The notes beneath the pieces were generated by a model. It had not been told where the DNA came from. It saw nothing but the letters and a program-made list of their open reading frames with translations, and did no database searches. From Alphaproteobacteria bacterium (GTDB lineage Bacteria; Pseudomonadota; Alphaproteobacteria; MPNO01; UBA830), in NCBI GenBank assembly GCA_964291215.2, contig OZ219790.1, forward strand, positions 256,001 through 320,000: a stretch of 64,000 bases of DNA. The letters are read 5' to 3'. Positions 63,296-64,000 of the stretch are shown piece after piece. Positions within the stretch are counted from its first letter, which is position 1; each line of letters begins with the position of its first letter. The translations under genes and the position numbers were made by a program.

Positions 63296-64000
63296 TCAAC
63301 CCGACGTTATCAGTGCGCGGTAAAGACCGTCGATCTCGATCAGTTCGTCGTGCCGGCCCTCCTGAACAACCCGGCCGCCGTCGAGAACGACGATCCGGTC
63401 GGCGTCCCGGATCGTACTGAGCCGATGGGCAATGATCAGACAGGTACAACCGCGCTGGCGGAGATTGTCGTCGATCTCCATTTCGGTTGCAGGATCGAGT
63501 GCGGCGGTGGCTTCATCGAACACGATGATCTGCGGATTGGGCGCAAGCGCACGGGCAATTTCCAAACGCTGGCGTTGACCGCCGCTCAGATTCCGGCCGC
63601 CTTCCTCTATCGGCGCGTCGTATTTGTCCGGTCGAGCCATGATATCGTCGAGGATGGCGGCATCGCGCAGGGCCTGGGCGACCTGATAGTTGTCGACACT
63701 CGAGTTCCAGAGGGTGATGTTATCCCGCACGCTTCCCTCGAACAAGACGATTTCCTGATCGACATAGGCGACAGTCTCGGCGATGTGGGTGGGGGACAGG
63801 TCCTGCAGCCGGTCGGAATCTATGCGCACCGTGCCGGACCAGGGATTGAGCAGGCCGCAAACCAGCTTGCCGACAGTCGATTTGCCGCTTCCGGATCCGC
63901 CGACCAGGGCAACCCGCTGGCCCGGATTGATCGCAAGGCTGAAATTCTCGATCAGCGGTGCCTCCTGCCGGTTGTGGCCGAAGGTGATATTGTCGAGCGT
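63296..64000 (-). CDS. NHLP-type peptidase/permease/ATPase subunit, C-terminal part (partial)
   Basis: GGSGSGKST, VDQEIVLFEGSVRDN, LSGGQRQRLEIARALA, DDNLRQRGCTCLIIAHRLSTIRD. Confidence 0.85.
   Translation of the reverse strand, partial: TLDNITFGHNRQEAPLIENFSLAINPGQRVALVGGSGSGKSTVGKLVCGLLNPWSGTVRIDSDRLQDLSPTHIAETVAYVDQEIVLFEGSVRDNITLWNSSVDNYQVAQALRDAAILDDIMARPDKYDAPIEEGGRNLSGGQRQRLEIARALAPNPQIIVFDEATAALDPATEMEIDDNLRQRGCTCLIIAHRLSTIRDADRIVVLDGGRVVQEGRHDELIEIDGLYRALITSG

Noticed and set aside
1-64000. CRISPR array, rRNA or complete tRNA
   Set aside because: No regularly spaced repeat-spacer units or full RNA genes were seen; the long repeats are IS copies.

Overview
GC-rich window, most consistent with an alphaproteobacterium (PHA cluster layout, TRAP and amide ABC operons, cysQ-sua5 and speDE). 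Intact metabolic operons alternate with clusters of decayed, nested mobile elements. Metabolic content: hicAB, a sulfatase-family hydrolase, a lone molybdopterin large subunit, phaP-phaB-phaC and phaR-phaJ, a TRAP/SnoaL/nitroreductase-like/ALDH operon, SDR-cysQ-sua5-FAD oxidase-acyl-CoA dehydrogenase, speDE, fic, an amidase/amide-ABC operon and NHLP-type export ABC genes. Mobile content: four IS256-family copies, three IS630, IS66, IS30, ISAzo13, an ISKra4-like mini-element, an IS1634 remnant and two group II intron remnants. Most notable observations: (i) an AT-richer kinase-first HipA-kinase/HipS-like gene pair near a DUF499 ATPase remnant; (ii) an IS630 sitting at the CTAG centre of a palindrome inside IS256, with two filled and two empty copies; (iii) an IS66 carrying a Dam-like methyltransferase start coupled to its transposase; (iv) a group II intron inserted into the DV/DVI of another intron; (v) an operator-like ACATGTCGAT array before fic, beside a tRNA-Met att remnant; (vi) mosaic microdeletions concentrated in repeats, which could be biology or an assembly artefact. 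No CRISPR array, rRNA or complete tRNA was seen. All calls come from motif recognition by eye; no searches were run.
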